In this document: piece by piece, positions 9,614 to 20,387 of the stretch
How positions within the stretch are numbered: the stretch's first letter is position 1
Layout: each line of letters starts with the position of its first letter
DNA from: Candidatus Sulfotelmatobacter sp.
Lineage (GTDB): Bacteria; Acidobacteriota; Terriglobia; Terriglobales; Acidobacteriaceae
DNA: 64,000 nucleotides
Direction: 5' to 3'
NCBI GenBank assembly: GCA_036490405.1
Contig: DASXDY010000059.1
Span: 10,941-74,940 of the forward strand
Position numbers and translations under genes: made by a program
The notes under the pieces: model-generated
Seen by the model: the letters and a program-made list of their open reading frames with translations, nothing else
Told to the model about the DNA's origin: nothing
Database searches by the model: none

Positions 9614-9766
9614 TCAACCCGCGCGCTTGAAATACTGGACGGCCCGCTCATGCTTCTTGGCCGCCGCCAGGGAAGAAAACGTTCCCAGATTTTTCCGTTT
9701 GCCGGACTTCGCATTCTTCTTCCGCGAGTACAGCCGAAATTCTCCTGATTTCAATTTGCGAATCAT
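9614..9766 (-). CDS. hypothetical small basic protein (50 aa)
   Basis: ATG 9766-9764 to TGA: MIRKLKSGEFRLYSRKKNAKSGKRKNLGTFSSLAAAKKHERAVQYFKRAG. Below the 60-aa cutoff of the ORF track. Fills an otherwise empty spacer. Confidence 0.45.
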   Translation of the reverse strand: MIRKLKSGEFRLYSRKKNAKSGKRKNLGTFSSLAAAKKHERAVQYFKRAG

Positions 9767-9854
9767 GAAACAGAGATGCGATTGTCGGTAAGCAGGTTGG
9801 CATTCAAAGATGGAGGTTTGGATTTATCCGCGAAAAGCCGTGGCGAGGTTTTAC

Positions 9855-12800
9855 TTATACCACGAAATACTTGGCCGCCGGATGATGCACCACGATCGCC
9901 GAAGTGCTCTGCTCCGGTTCAAGCAAGAACGCTGAAGTCAGTCGCACGCCGATATTCTCCTCGGGTTTGAGCAACGCAAACAGCTTGGTCTGATCTTCCA
10001 GATTCGGGCATGCAGGATATCCAAACGAATATCTCGAGCCGCGATACTTCTGATGAAAAAGATCTCGAATCTCCGGCGAATCTTCGCCCGCGATGCCCAG
10101 CTCCTCGCGCATCGTCTTGTGATGAAATTCGGCAAGGGCCTCGGCGGTTTCAACGCTCAGGCCATGCAGATATAAGTACTTCGTATATTCGCCAGCCTCG
10201 AACAATCGCTGCGTCTCAACCGAAGCCTGATGGCCAATGGTAACCAGCGAAAGCCCAATCACATCCATCTTTCCGGATGATTTGGGTGCAAAAAAGTCGG
10301 AGACCGATAACTTCCGCCCCTCACGTTGCCGAGGGAATGTAAACCGCAGGAACTCTGGCGAGTTCTTACTGGGCACTGGGTGCTCGGTACTGGGTACCTG
10401 ATACACAATCACATCGTTCCCGTCGCTCTGAGCAGGGAAGTAGCCGTACACCACGGCCGGAGCAAACAATCCCGACTCCGCAACCTCCTCCTCCAGTTTG
10501 CGTAACACTGGCCGAAACTTTTCCTCTACCAGCCGCAGGTAATCCGTCTGCGAAGCTGTCTTCAACTGCCACTGGTTCTTGAACAGCGCCGTTTCGTTGA
10601 TGTAGCGGAACAATTCGCGCAGGTCGTAATCCTTGCGCACGCGTACGCCCCAGAAAGGTGGCGCAGGAATTGGCGCATCTCCCACGACGGGGCTTCGCTC
10701 CGCGAATACTGGGCCAGTCTCTTCATCCACGACCGTGGCTTTGGCATATTCCTTCACCGTGCGTCCCTCGCGCAATCGCGAATCGCGCGCGCCGTTCTCG
10801 GTCGCAAGATCTTCCATGATGTGCAGCCCAGCGAACGCATCGTCAGCATAGAAGACGCTGTTGGTGTATTCGCGCCGCAGGTCGTCTTCAACATATTTGC
10901 GCGTGAGCGCGGCCCCGCCGCAGATCACCGGAAATTCCAGCTTCTGCCGCTCCAGGTCCTGGATCACGTACTTCATCTCCAGCGTTGACTTCACCAGCAG
11001 GCCGCTCAATCCAATCGCGTGTGCCTGATGCTCCTGCGCCGCGCGGATAATCGAATCACCCGGCTGCTTGATGCCAAGATTAACGACCTTGTACCCGTTG
11101 TTCGACAGGATGATGTCGACCAGATTCTTGCCGATGTCGTGAACGTCGCCCTTCACGGTCGCGAGCACAATCGTGCCTTTCTGTGAGCCGGATTTCTTCT
11201 CCATCTTCGGCTCGAGATAGGCCACCGCCTGCTTCATCACCCCGGCCGAATCAAGCACGGACGGCAACTGCATCTTGCGCGCGCCGAAAAGATCGCCGAC
11301 GGTCTTCATGCCGTCGAGCAGAACCGTATTGATCAATTCAAGCGGGGAATAACTCGCAAGCGCATCATCAAGCAAAACCTCCAGTGACTTCTTGTTTGCG
11401 CCATTACCAACTGATTTCTCGCCGTTGATTATGGCGAACTTCAGCTTGTCTTCCACCGAAAGCGTGTCGACGTGCGCGGTCGTGCTCGCCGCCGGTTTGC
11501 CCTTCATCCCGGCGAAGTGCGCCATGTAAACCTGCAATGGATCGCCGGCCGACGCATCGCGGAAGATCAGCTTGCGCGCGAGGTCAACTTCCTCCTGCGG
11601 AATCTTGTACAGCGGATAAATTTTCGTGTAGTTAACAATGGCCATGTCGAGGCCATGGTCCACCGCCTCGTGCATGAACACCGAATTCAACACCCGCCGC
11701 GGATACGCGTCGAGGCCGAATGAAATATTGCTGACGCCCAGAATCGTCTTTACTGAGGGCAATTCTTTCTTGATCCGCTCGACGGCTTTGAGGGTTTCGA
11801 TGCCCGCCGTACGGTACTCCTCCTGCCCCGTCGAAATCGGCAGAGTCAGCGCGTCGAAGATCAGGTCGGTCGAGTCCAGGCCATATTTCTTGGTCGCCAG
11901 ATCGTGAATGCGGTGTGCGATCGCGACTTTCTTATCGGCGGTCAGCGCCATGCCGTCTTCGTCGATGGTTAAGGCGATCACAGCCGCGCCATACCGCTTC
12001 GCCATCGGCAGGACCTGCGACGTGCGCTTCTCGCCATCCTCGAGATTGATCGAATTGATGATCGCGCGGCCTGGGATGCGCTTCAGCGCCTCTTCGACCA
12101 CGTCGGCCTCGGTCGAATCCACCAGGATCGGCGCCGGAACTCGGGTCGCGATTTTCTCCAGAATCGAAGTAATGTATCCCTTTTCGTCTTCGCCGACGAT
12201 CGCGCAGCACAGGTCGAGCATGTGCGACCCGTCATTTACCAGTTTTTTCGCCAGCGCGAGGATGTCGTCGTACTTCCGGCCCTGAACCAGCTTGCGGAAA
12301 TGTTCGACGCGAGTCGTCGTATTCATTTCTTCGGCGACGATGAGGGGCTTCGGTTCGAGGTCAAGCGGAACGCTGGTATAGGCGCTGGACGCCGAAGCCG
12401 TTCGCTTTACTTCGCGTTTCGCGGGCTCCACGCCGGCAAGCGCATCGACGACGGCCTTCAAATGTTCCGGTGTGGTGCCGCAACATCCGCCCACAATGCG
12501 CACGCCATAGTCCTGCACAAAATGCTTGTGATATTCGGCCAGTTCCTCAGGCGACAGCTTGTAAACGGCATGCCCACCAACGTTCTGAGGCAAGCCGGCA
12601 TTCGGCAGCACGGAAACTTCCTTGGTCGAGTACAGCGCCAGATAGCGGACCGCATCGTTCATCTCCTTCGGTCCGGTGGCACAGTTCAGGCCGAGGGCAT
12701 CCACGTCGAAGGGTTCGAGCGCAGTCAGCGCAGCGCCGATCTCGGTGCCCAGCAGCATCAGGCCGGTCTCCTGTAGGGTGACCTGCACTTGCACGGGCAA

Positions 12801-13346
12801 GCGCTTGCCTGACTTGCGCATCGCTTCCAGCACGCCGATGGTCGCGATTTTGGCCTGCAACAGATCCTGAGCGGTCTCGACCAGCAGCAGGTCAACTCCG
12901 CCTTCAATCAGCGCCGATGCTTGCTCTCGAAAGGCCTCGACCATCGCATCGAAGCTGATGTGCCCGAGCGACGGCAGCTTGGTCGTAGGACCGAGCGAGC
13001 CGGCGACGAATCGCGGTTTGTCTTTAGTCGAGAATTGCTGTGCGACTTCCTTTGCGAGCTGCGCCGCCTTCACGTTAATTTCATGGGTGCGCTCGCGCAG
13101 ATCGAACTCGCCCAGCACAATGGACGATCCGCCAAACGTATTGGTCTCGACGACATCGCAACCCACGCGGAAAAAGTCCGCATGAATGTCGCGAATAATG
13201 TCGGGACGGCTCAGCACCAGAACTTCGCTGCAATTTTCCTTGCCCCAATAATCATCCAGAGTGGGATTGCGCTTCTGGATATTGGTGCCCATCGCGCCGT
13301 CGTAGATGACGACGCGTTCGCGCACGGTTTGGAGAAAGCCTTTCAT
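9855..13346 (-). CDS. metH: cobalamin-dependent methionine synthase
   Basis: 1163 aa with Hcy-binding, pterin-binding, B12-binding (DVHDIGKN) and AdoMet-activation domains all recognisable. Confidence 0.95.
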   Translation of the reverse strand: MKGFLQTVRERVVIYDGAMGTNIQKRNPTLDDYWGKENCSEVLVLSRPDIIRDIHADFFRVGCDVVETNTFGGSSIVLGEFDLRERTHEINVKAAQLAKEVAQQFSTKDKPRFVAGSLGPTTKLPSLGHISFDAMVEAFREQASALIEGGVDLLLVETAQDLLQAKIATIGVLEAMRKSGKRLPVQVQVTLQETGLMLLGTEIGAALTALEPFDVDALGLNCATGPKEMNDAVRYLALYSTKEVSVLPNAGLPQNVGGHAVYKLSPEELAEYHKHFVQDYGVRIVGGCCGTTPEHLKAVVDALAGVEPAKREVKRTASASSAYTSVPLDLEPKPLIVAEEMNTTTRVEHFRKLVQGRKYDDILALAKKLVNDGSHMLDLCCAIVGEDEKGYITSILEKIATRVPAPILVDSTEADVVEEALKRIPGRAIINSINLEDGEKRTSQVLPMAKRYGAAVIALTIDEDGMALTADKKVAIAHRIHDLATKKYGLDSTDLIFDALTLPISTGQEEYRTAGIETLKAVERIKKELPSVKTILGVSNISFGLDAYPRRVLNSVFMHEAVDHGLDMAIVNYTKIYPLYKIPQEEVDLARKLIFRDASAGDPLQVYMAHFAGMKGKPAASTTAHVDTLSVEDKLKFAIINGEKSVGNGANKKSLEVLLDDALASYSPLELINTVLLDGMKTVGDLFGARKMQLPSVLDSAGVMKQAVAYLEPKMEKKSGSQKGTIVLATVKGDVHDIGKNLVDIILSNNGYKVVNLGIKQPGDSIIRAAQEHQAHAIGLSGLLVKSTLEMKYVIQDLERQKLEFPVICGGAALTRKYVEDDLRREYTNSVFYADDAFAGLHIMEDLATENGARDSRLREGRTVKEYAKATVVDEETGPVFAERSPVVGDAPIPAPPFWGVRVRKDYDLRELFRYINETALFKNQWQLKTASQTDYLRLVEEKFRPVLRKLEEEVAESGLFAPAVVYGYFPAQSDGNDVIVYQVPSTEHPVPSKNSPEFLRFTFPRQREGRKLSVSDFFAPKSSGKMDVIGLSLVTIGHQASVETQRLFEAGEYTKYLYLHGLSVETAEALAEFHHKTMREELGIAGEDSPEIRDLFHQKYRGSRYSFGYPACPNLEDQTKLFALLKPEENIGVRLTSAFLLEPEQSTSAIVVHHPAAKYFVV

Positions 13347-13430
13347 GAAAAGCTTCTAGCTACTGGAACACTTCATCTTAGTTGTCTTGATCCGTGTGAA
13401 TCCGTGGCCAGGGTCTGCCTTACAACACGA

Positions 13431-13457
13431 ACGCCGGTCTCTTCTTCAGACCGGCGT
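13431..13457 (-). terminator. intrinsic terminator downstream of nuoI
   Basis: Perfect 10-bp stem ACGCCGGTCT/AGACCGGCGT with a 7-nt loop. Followed on the minus strand by TCGTGTTGT. Confidence 0.6.
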
Positions 13458-13486
13458 GAAATCAAATTCAAAAGTCTTATTGAAGA

Positions 13487-14017
13487 TCAACTCCCCGGAA
13501 CCATCTCGGTGGGAGCGCCTCCATCCACGTCGGCCTGATTGAACACGATGTTGGCTCCCATGTGTGCTGGCCGGGGGGCCAGCATTTGCTCCTTGCGATA
13601 CACCAGATTCGACGCATTGAACGTCGCCAGTTCAAATCCATGGCCGTGTGTGATGGCGTCGGTCGGGCAAGCCTCGACGCAATATCCGCAAAAAATGCAG
13701 CGGTTGTAATCGATGTTGTAGACCTTGGCGTAGCGCTCGGCGCCGCTGACGCGGTTTTGCGCAGTGTTCTCAGCCGCTTCGATGTAGATACAGTTCGAAG
13801 GACACGCCGCCGCGCACAGAAAGCAGGCCACGCACTTTTCCAGCCCATTTTCATCGCGCTGCAGCACGTGCGCCCCGCGAAAGCGCGCCTCAATCCGCGC
13901 CCCGCGCAGCGGACCTTTGCCGTCGGGATAATTCTCGACCGTCGTCGGCTGGAACATCTCCATGAAGGTGATGCTCATGCCCTTGGCGATGGCCGCGATA
14001 TTCTTCAGCACCGGCAT
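13487..14017 (-). CDS. nuoI: NADH-quinone oxidoreductase subunit I (2x[4Fe-4S] ferredoxin)
   Basis: CVACFLCAAACP and CIFCGYCVEACP cluster motifs in a typical NuoI context. About 40 aa of C-terminal extension. No neighbouring nuo genes. Confidence 0.9.
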   Translation of the reverse strand: MPVLKNIAAIAKGMSITFMEMFQPTTVENYPDGKGPLRGARIEARFRGAHVLQRDENGLEKCVACFLCAAACPSNCIYIEAAENTAQNRVSGAERYAKVYNIDYNRCIFCGYCVEACPTDAITHGHGFELATFNASNLVYRKEQMLAPRPAHMGANIVFNQADVDGGAPTEMVPGS

Positions 14018-14085
14018 ACATTACTAGTATACAAAAAGAGGGTAATCGCGCCTCTCCGCTGGCGGTAAACGGTTATTCTCGTACC

Positions 14086-14307
14086 ATGAACGGCGTGAAT
14101 CAGAGGCGCAGCGGCCAGAATGCCGGACTTTGCGAGCACTGCCGCTTCAAGCGCCTTATCACGTCAGATCGCGGATCGGTGTTCTATATGTGCGAAAAAT
14201 CGGCAACGGATGCGAGCTTTCCGAAGTATCCGCGCCTTCCGGTTCGCCAGTGCCGGGGATACGAACCCGCAGAAGCGACAGCCCACCCAAACCCGATGTC
14301 ATCCTGA
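14086..14307 (+). CDS. small Cys-rich (zinc-ribbon-like) conserved hypothetical protein
   Basis: CEHCRF...GSVFYMCEKS...FPKYPRLPVRQCRGY pattern. The stop codon lies inside the repeat at 14298. Confidence 0.5.
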   Translation: MNGVNQRRSGQNAGLCEHCRFKRLITSDRGSVFYMCEKSATDASFPKYPRLPVRQCRGYEPAEATAHPNPMSS

Positions 14308-14468
14308 GGCGGGCGACAGCCCGCCGAGGGACGCTACGACAGCTGATATCGGCACGAAAGCCGGTGGGATCATCTACGCCGTCTGCGTCAACGCGGCTCT
14401 CTGTGACAGCATCGACTGTCCACCGACGTAAGGTCCCTCGCAACGGCTTCGCCGCTGCTCAGGATGAC
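14298..14468. repeat. repeat family 1 inverted pair (GTCATCCTGAG...CTCAGGATGAC) flanking about 100 bp
   Basis: The left arm GTCATCCTGAGGCGGGCGACAGCCCGCCGAGGGAC and the right arm GGTCCCTCGCAACGGCTTCGCCGCTGCTCAGGATGAC are imperfect reverse complements. Confidence 0.65.
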
Positions 14469-14519
14469 ACACAATCGAATATGGATAAGTCTTGCAAGGG
14501 AAAAGAATGAAAACCCAAG

Positions 14520-16103
14520 CTAGTCGATTCCCAATTCCTTCGCCAGGGCCCGCCACTTGGCATCGACCATCGCTTTCGTCTTGGCATCCATCACGATTTC
14601 GTCCGGCCACGGCCGGGTGAATCCCTCGCTGGCCCATTTCCGCGTCGCGTCGATCCCCATCTTCGAACCGAAATTCGGCAATCTCGACGCATGATCGAGT
14701 GAATCCATGGGGCCAAGCATGAACTGGATATCGCGCTCGGGATCGATGTGATTCAACACTTTCAGCGTCACATCGCCGAGGTCCTGTACATCCACATCTT
14801 CATCCACGACGACGATGCACTTGGTGAACATGGCCTGCCCCAGCGACCAGATCGCGTTCATCACCTTTCGCGCTTGCCCTGGGTACGACTTTCTGATCGA
14901 CACGATCATCAGATTGTGAAACACGCCCTCCACCGGCATGTTGATATCGACCAACTCCGGGATAGTGAGCTTCATCAACGGGAAGAAGATGCGCTCAACC
15001 GCTTTGCCCATGTAAGCGTCTTCCTGCGGAGGCTTTCCGACGATCGTGGTCGCATAGATCGGATCTTTACGATGCGTGACGCAGGTGACGTGAAACACAG
15101 GGTAGAGGTCTTCGAGTGAGTAAAACCCCGTGTGGTCGCCGAAGGGACCTTCCGTGCGCAGTTCGTCGAGGTTGACGTAGCCTTCGAGCACGATCTCGCT
15201 TGAGGCCGGTACTTCCAGATCGACGGTCTCACACTTCACCAGATCCACCGGGGCGCCGCGTAAAAAGCCGGCGATCATATACTCCTCGATATCTGGCGGG
15301 GCAGGAACGATGGCAGAGAATGTCACCACGGGATCGGTGCCGATCGCAACCGCGACTTCCATCTTTCCCGATGGCCGTTCGCCCTCTGCCAGCACCGATC
15401 CGCCTGACGATCGAGCCATAATGTCGACGGCGGCCGCTTTACCTTCAACCGCTGCACGCATCCGCTCGCGGGCGTGCTCGGCCGCAACTTTCTGCCGTTG
15501 CCAGTGCATGCCGGTTGTGCGCTCGTCGTAAATCTGCATGCGGTACATGCCGAGATTCCGTTTTCCGGTTTTCGGATCGCGCGTAGTGACGCAAGGAAAC
15601 GTGATGAATCGCCCGGCATCCTTCGGCCAGCATTGCAGAACAGGGAACTCAAGCAGAGAAAAGTTGTCGCGCTTGATGACTTCCTTGCACAGGCCGGTCG
15701 AGACCGTCCGTGGGAAAAATTTGCCCATCTCCGCCAGCATGGGCAGCATCTTTACCTTGTCGAGAAACCCCTGCGGCGACTTCACATCCATAAACATGCG
15801 GATGCGCGCGCCAATCTCATCGTATGAATTCACGCCGACCGCCATCTTCATGCGGGCGTCTGAGCCGAACTGATTGATCAAGACCTTCGACCCGGGATGT
15901 CCCTTGACGTTTTCGAACAGCAAGGCAGGGCCGCCGGCATCTGTGGCGCGGGCACTCCTGCCCGCGTCGTGCAAGTGAAATTTCGAGATGCGGTCGGTGA
16001 TCTCGGCAATTTCCAGGATGGGGTCGACTTCAGTCCGTATGCGCTTGAGTTCCCCTGCCCGGTCGAGCGCCGCAATCCACTGCCGAAGATCGTCGAAAGC
16101 CAA
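14520..16103 (-). CDS. UbiD-family (prenyl-FMN dependent) decarboxylase
   Basis: 527 aa. MAFDDLRQWIAALDRAGELKRI N-terminus and UbiD core motifs (GMYRMQ, EGPFGDHTGFY). Confidence 0.9.
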   Translation of the reverse strand: MAFDDLRQWIAALDRAGELKRIRTEVDPILEIAEITDRISKFHLHDAGRSARATDAGGPALLFENVKGHPGSKVLINQFGSDARMKMAVGVNSYDEIGARIRMFMDVKSPQGFLDKVKMLPMLAEMGKFFPRTVSTGLCKEVIKRDNFSLLEFPVLQCWPKDAGRFITFPCVTTRDPKTGKRNLGMYRMQIYDERTTGMHWQRQKVAAEHARERMRAAVEGKAAAVDIMARSSGGSVLAEGERPSGKMEVAVAIGTDPVVTFSAIVPAPPDIEEYMIAGFLRGAPVDLVKCETVDLEVPASSEIVLEGYVNLDELRTEGPFGDHTGFYSLEDLYPVFHVTCVTHRKDPIYATTIVGKPPQEDAYMGKAVERIFFPLMKLTIPELVDINMPVEGVFHNLMIVSIRKSYPGQARKVMNAIWSLGQAMFTKCIVVVDEDVDVQDLGDVTLKVLNHIDPERDIQFMLGPMDSLDHASRLPNFGSKMGIDATRKWASEGFTRPWPDEIVMDAKTKAMVDAKWRALAKELGID

Positions 16104-16149
16104 CGGGATTCCTCTCTGTGTGACCGACGATTATAAGGGAACTCGTGAT

Positions 16150-16177
16150 GTCATTCCGAGCGCAGCGAGGAACCTGC
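16150..16177 (+). repeat. repeat family 1 core (GTCATTCCGAGCGCAGCGAGGAACCTGC), solo copy
   Basis: Intergenic between the UbiD start and the M28 peptidase stop. Confidence 0.7.
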
Positions 16178-16206
16178 TTTCTTGCCGCCGCCTATACTCC
16201 GGCCAC

Positions 16207-18021
16207 TTATTTTCGCAGTTCGAGCGTCACCTTGGCCGTCACCGGCTTCCCATCCCGCATCACGGTCACGTCCACAACATCGCCGACCTTGCTGCCGCGT
16301 AGCGCGTCAGTAAAGTCATAAAGATTCTTGATCGGCTTGTCACCAAACTGCACCAGAACATCGCCAGCCTTGAACCCGGCCTTCGCCGCCGGCGAATTCG
16401 GCTTCACGTCGGAAAACTTGACTCCATTTTCGTTCTGCCCGAAATCAGGAATCGATCCGAAGTAGGGACCATAGCCGCCGCCTCCACCGCCGGTAGCGGA
16501 TTTCTCCTCGGCAACGACTTGGAACGCGGGTGCTTGGTCTGCGTTTGCGATTTGAATCGCGACATTTCCCACCAGATCAAGCAGCCGCGCCGCTGAAGGC
16601 GCATTGATCTTGTCCCAGGTATCGGATGGCTTGTGATAGTCCGCATGCAGCCCGGAGAAAAAGAACAGCACGGGAATCTTCTTCGTCACAAACGAAGTGT
16701 GATCGCTCGACGCGTATCCTCCCGCGGAATATTCGATCTTGAAGGGCGCATCTTTCTGCGCCTGCTCCAGCACCGCCTTGAAGGTCGATCCCGTGCCTAC
16801 ACCTCCGATATAGACTTTGTCGTCTTTGATTCGCCCGATCATATCCATGTTGATCATGGCCACGGCCTTGTCGAGCGGCCGCGTCGGATTCTTCACCCAG
16901 GCCGCCGAACCAAGCAACCCGAGTTCCTCTCCCGCAAAGTTCATGAAGAGGATGCTGCGCTTTAATTGCCCGCGCTGCGGCGCCAGCAATCGCGCCAGTT
17001 CCAGCACGCCCGCGGTTCCGCTGGCATTGTCGTCGGCCCCGGGATGAATTTGTCCAACCTGCGATGGAGCCAGCGAATCGAAATTGCCCCGCCCGAGATG
17101 GTCATAGTGCGCGCCGACGATCACGTATTCATCCGTCTGACCAGGCAGCCAGGCAACAACGTTGTTCACCGTGGCATGCGTCGTCTCGATATCAATGCGC
17201 AACGAAAGGCGCAGGGAATCGGGGAATGAGAAAGAGGCCGGCTTGATGCCCGAGTTGATTTGCTCCTGCACATCTTTCAGAGATCTTCCCGCAGACTGAA
17301 ACCACGGCTCGGCCGCCGCGTTCTTCACCTGCACCATGACGATGCCGGCATCTTCTGGCCCGCTGACGCTGCCAAAGCGCGTCAGCAGATCGTCTTCGCC
17401 ATGGTCGAGTTTTCCATTGAGCAGCACGATCGCCTTCGCTCCATGGTTCCGGGCGTTGATCGCCTTGGTGATGAGTTGCGCATGTTGCGTGAGCCCGTGA
17501 CCGCCACTCTTCTCGGCGAACCCAGAGGGTTCGTAGCGCAACACGACGACGATTTTGTCTTTCACATCCAGCCCGGCGTAGTCGTCGTAGTGGAACTCGT
17601 CGGCAGTCGCGCCGTATCCGGCAAACACCAGCGGCGCATCCACCTGGCCGGAAGAGGAAAAGCTGAAGGGAACGAAATCCTGCTCCGCTTTGAGCTCGGT
17701 CTTTGAGCCACCATCCTGCAACGAGCAGCGATTGTCGGACTTCAGCTTCGCCCCAGTGACCACAGTGAATGGCTGCGTGTATCCGTTCACCCCGGCGGGA
17801 TCGAGATGCAACTCCTTGTAGCGCTTCACAATCAGATGTTCGGCGCGCGTCAGACCCTTGGTCCCAGCGCCCCGGCCTTCCATCTCCGGCGAGGCCAGCG
17901 CTTTGACGTCGTTGAGATATCGTGCCGAATCGGCTTGCGGGAGCGAAGTAGACGCGCCCGCCAGAACTACGGCGAGTGCAAGGGCCAGAAGGGTGCGGCG
18001 TAGTTTCAATGGATTCATCAT
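16207..18021 (-). CDS. M28-family aminopeptidase with PA domain and C-terminal PDZ domain
   Basis: Signal peptide, VGAHYDHLGRG and HPGADDNASGTAGVLELA zinc-site motifs, and a C-terminal PDZ (NSPAAKAGFKAGDVLVQFGDKPI). Confidence 0.85.
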   Translation of the reverse strand: MMNPLKLRRTLLALALAVVLAGASTSLPQADSARYLNDVKALASPEMEGRGAGTKGLTRAEHLIVKRYKELHLDPAGVNGYTQPFTVVTGAKLKSDNRCSLQDGGSKTELKAEQDFVPFSFSSSGQVDAPLVFAGYGATADEFHYDDYAGLDVKDKIVVVLRYEPSGFAEKSGGHGLTQHAQLITKAINARNHGAKAIVLLNGKLDHGEDDLLTRFGSVSGPEDAGIVMVQVKNAAAEPWFQSAGRSLKDVQEQINSGIKPASFSFPDSLRLSLRIDIETTHATVNNVVAWLPGQTDEYVIVGAHYDHLGRGNFDSLAPSQVGQIHPGADDNASGTAGVLELARLLAPQRGQLKRSILFMNFAGEELGLLGSAAWVKNPTRPLDKAVAMINMDMIGRIKDDKVYIGGVGTGSTFKAVLEQAQKDAPFKIEYSAGGYASSDHTSFVTKKIPVLFFFSGLHADYHKPSDTWDKINAPSAARLLDLVGNVAIQIANADQAPAFQVVAEEKSATGGGGGGYGPYFGSIPDFGQNENGVKFSDVKPNSPAAKAGFKAGDVLVQFGDKPIKNLYDFTDALRGSKVGDVVDVTVMRDGKPVTAKVTLELRK

Positions 18022-18101
18022 GTGAGTTTCGCGGGAACGAAAATGCTAAGAGCCGATTGAACGGCTGTCAATGAGTCGTGAGCCAAGAAGAAGCCCTCGG
18101 T

Positions 18102-18131
18102 GGAACTCGGTGTCCTCTGTGGTTAAAGGTC
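18102..18131 (+). repeat. repeat family 2 (..GTGTCCTCTGTGGTTAAAGG..), copy
   Basis: GGAACTCGGTGTCCTCTGTGGTTAAAGGTC. Related copies at 19014, 30377, 37220, 42366, 51234 and 56763 (rc). Confidence 0.65.
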
Positions 18132-18143
18132 TTGGCAGGCCGA

Positions 18144-18935
18144 TCACGAAGCAAGCCTGAGCACGGTCTCTTCCACCCGCTTCCATGCGGCCGACTGTGG
18201 ATCGATCAAGTCAAAGTGGCCCCCGCCGGAAATCTCCAGCAAATGAACGTCTTCTTTCTGACTCGCAGTCCGTTGTTGTTTTGCAGCCACATAGTCGCGG
18301 CTGAAGGCCGGCGGAACGGTGTCATCTTCCTGTCCATGAATCAGCCATTGCTGCGCATGCGCAATCGTGAGCTTCATCGGATCGGCCTCGCGATAATGGT
18401 CCGGCACTTCAACAGGCGTCCCGTGCAGAAACTCAACCACAGCATCGTTGCTGAGATGAAGCTCGTAGGCTCTTTGCAAATCTACGACACCGGCAAGTGA
18501 TACCACGCCGGTGACGTCCGTTTCATGCGCGGCGAGGCAAAGCGCGAGCTGCCCTCCGGCAGAATGCCCGATTACAATGAACTTGTCTGCCTTGAAACCG
18601 TGCGCCTGAGCATTTTGCTTGAGGAATCGGAATGCCGTCCGCGCATCTTCGAAGGTTCCCGGCCAACCGCCGCCCTCGTTCCCGACACGGCGGTATTCCA
18701 GATTCGCCGTAGCCACACCTTTGGCAGTCAGGGCCGCGCAGAGATGCCCGGCATGATCGAGATTGTATTTCGCCCGCCAGAAGCCGCCATGAATGTTGAT
18801 CACCAGCGGAACGGGCCGGCGGACGCCCGCAGATTTTGCCGGCAGCCGCAGATCGACAAACTGATTCGGATCAGAACCGTACCCGACGCGTGCGTCTGCA
18901 GGGGGCGGAGTCTTCGACAGGATATCTTCCGACAT
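18144..18935 (-). CDS. alpha/beta hydrolase (esterase/arylformamidase-like)
   Basis: HGGFW oxyanion motif and GHSAGG nucleophile elbow. ATG 18935 is preferred over the upstream TTG 18965. Confidence 0.8.
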   Translation of the reverse strand: MSEDILSKTPPPADARVGYGSDPNQFVDLRLPAKSAGVRRPVPLVINIHGGFWRAKYNLDHAGHLCAALTAKGVATANLEYRRVGNEGGGWPGTFEDARTAFRFLKQNAQAHGFKADKFIVIGHSAGGQLALCLAAHETDVTGVVSLAGVVDLQRAYELHLSNDAVVEFLHGTPVEVPDHYREADPMKLTIAHAQQWLIHGQEDDTVPPAFSRDYVAAKQQRTASQKEDVHLLEISGGGHFDLIDPQSAAWKRVEETVLRLAS

Positions 18936-19013
18936 GCAACTTCTTTCTCGTTTGCCAACCTTCAACCATAGAGGACATAGGGTGTCACCCAGGCCAACGC
19001 AAGCTCTCGTTTT

Positions 19014-19052
19014 GCCTCTGTGCTCCTCTGTGACCTCTGTGGTGAAAGGTCC
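19014..19052 (+). repeat. repeat family 2 copy
   Basis: GCCTCTGTGCTCCTCTGTGACCTCTGTGGTGAAAGGTCC, abutting the stop of the permease gene. Confidence 0.6.
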
Positions 19053-20381
19053 TTATTCGTAGCGCAGCGCTTCGATCGGGTCCAGGTTCGCCGCCCGCAT
19101 CGCCGGAACCATTCCGCTGATCACACCGACGATACCGAGAATCGTGGTAGCAACCAGCAGGATCATCGGCGAGACGACCAAACGGATATCTCCCGCTTCC
19201 GCATGTTTGGCCATCGCGCTGTACAAAGTCAGCCGGCCGACTGAAAGCGAAACAACGTATGACAGTATGATCCCCAGCACGCCGCCAATGGCCGTGATCA
19301 CCATGGCTTCCGATAAGAACTGAAACAGAATATCGCGCCGCCGCGCGCCCAGCGCCTTTTCCACCCCGATCTCGCGGGTGCGCTGCGTGACCGACACCAG
19401 CATGATGTTCATCAGTCCAATACCGCCAATGCTCAACGTGACGGTTCCGATGACGCCTAGAAGTATCTTCAGCATCCCCGTCATGATGCCAAACTGCGAA
19501 AGCTGCTTCTGGGCATCGAATACGAACACCGCCCGCGGATCGTCCGGCTTGAAATTATGTGCCGTCGCCAGGCTGTCTTTGATCGCTTTGGCCATCTTGA
19601 TATGGTCCAGCCCGGCGGAGTCCAGCCACATCCCATCGAGATAGTGGTTGTCTTTGATCACATCCATCGAATTGAACGGAATGTAGACCACGCGATTGTC
19701 GTCGCTGTCGCCCTCCTGCATGCGCGGCTTGAGCACCCCGATGACCTGAAAGGTCACGCCATCGACGCGGATGGTCTCGCCCACCGCGTTCATGCCGGAA
19801 AACAGACGGTCCCGCGCTTCCGACCCCAGCACCGCGACCAGGCCATGTTGCATGTTGTCGGCATCGTTGATGAATCGCCCCTGGGCCACATCGAGGTTCC
19901 ATATCTCCTGGATATTCGGATCAAGACCAGTCGCCGGGAATGTGAACGACCGGTTGTTGTTTTGCACGGTGGCGTCTTTCCCCACCATTCGCGCCATGTT
20001 GCGGGCAAGAGGCACGTTGTTGCGCAACAACTCCATGTCATCGTTGGTGAATCGCACCAGCACCCCGGCTTTGTTTCCGCCGGCCTGCATCGAGGTGCGG
20101 CCGGGAAACACGCCCACCGCGGTCGCGCCAAAGCTCTCAAAAATGTTTGTAATGGCTTGGGCGAATCCGTTTCCGTAGGCAAGCAGAAGCACTACCGTCG
20201 CAATGCCCCACGCCATGCCCGCCATGGTGAGCAGCGTACGGCGCAGATCGTGCCGCATGGCGGAAGCGGCCTGCTGCAACAGATCGCGATATGCGGTCAC
20301 CACCAGCGAGGTGCGCTTTGCCGGCTGCGGTGCCGGCTTCACCATCTTGATGCTGCGGATTTCCTCAGAAATTGTCTCCAT
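19053..20381 (-). CDS. ABC transporter permease, MacB/LolCE type (MacB periplasmic domain + FtsX)
   Basis: N-terminal TM, a periplasmic domain of about 220 aa, and a C-terminal FtsX-like 3-TM module (REIGVEKALGARRRDI). Paralog of the upstream gene. Confidence 0.85.
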   Translation of the reverse strand: METISEEIRSIKMVKPAPQPAKRTSLVVTAYRDLLQQAASAMRHDLRRTLLTMAGMAWGIATVVLLLAYGNGFAQAITNIFESFGATAVGVFPGRTSMQAGGNKAGVLVRFTNDDMELLRNNVPLARNMARMVGKDATVQNNNRSFTFPATGLDPNIQEIWNLDVAQGRFINDADNMQHGLVAVLGSEARDRLFSGMNAVGETIRVDGVTFQVIGVLKPRMQEGDSDDNRVVYIPFNSMDVIKDNHYLDGMWLDSAGLDHIKMAKAIKDSLATAHNFKPDDPRAVFVFDAQKQLSQFGIMTGMLKILLGVIGTVTLSIGGIGLMNIMLVSVTQRTREIGVEKALGARRRDILFQFLSEAMVITAIGGVLGIILSYVVSLSVGRLTLYSAMAKHAEAGDIRLVVSPMILLVATTILGIVGVISGMVPAMRAANLDPIEALRYE

Positions 20382-20387
20382 CGGTAG

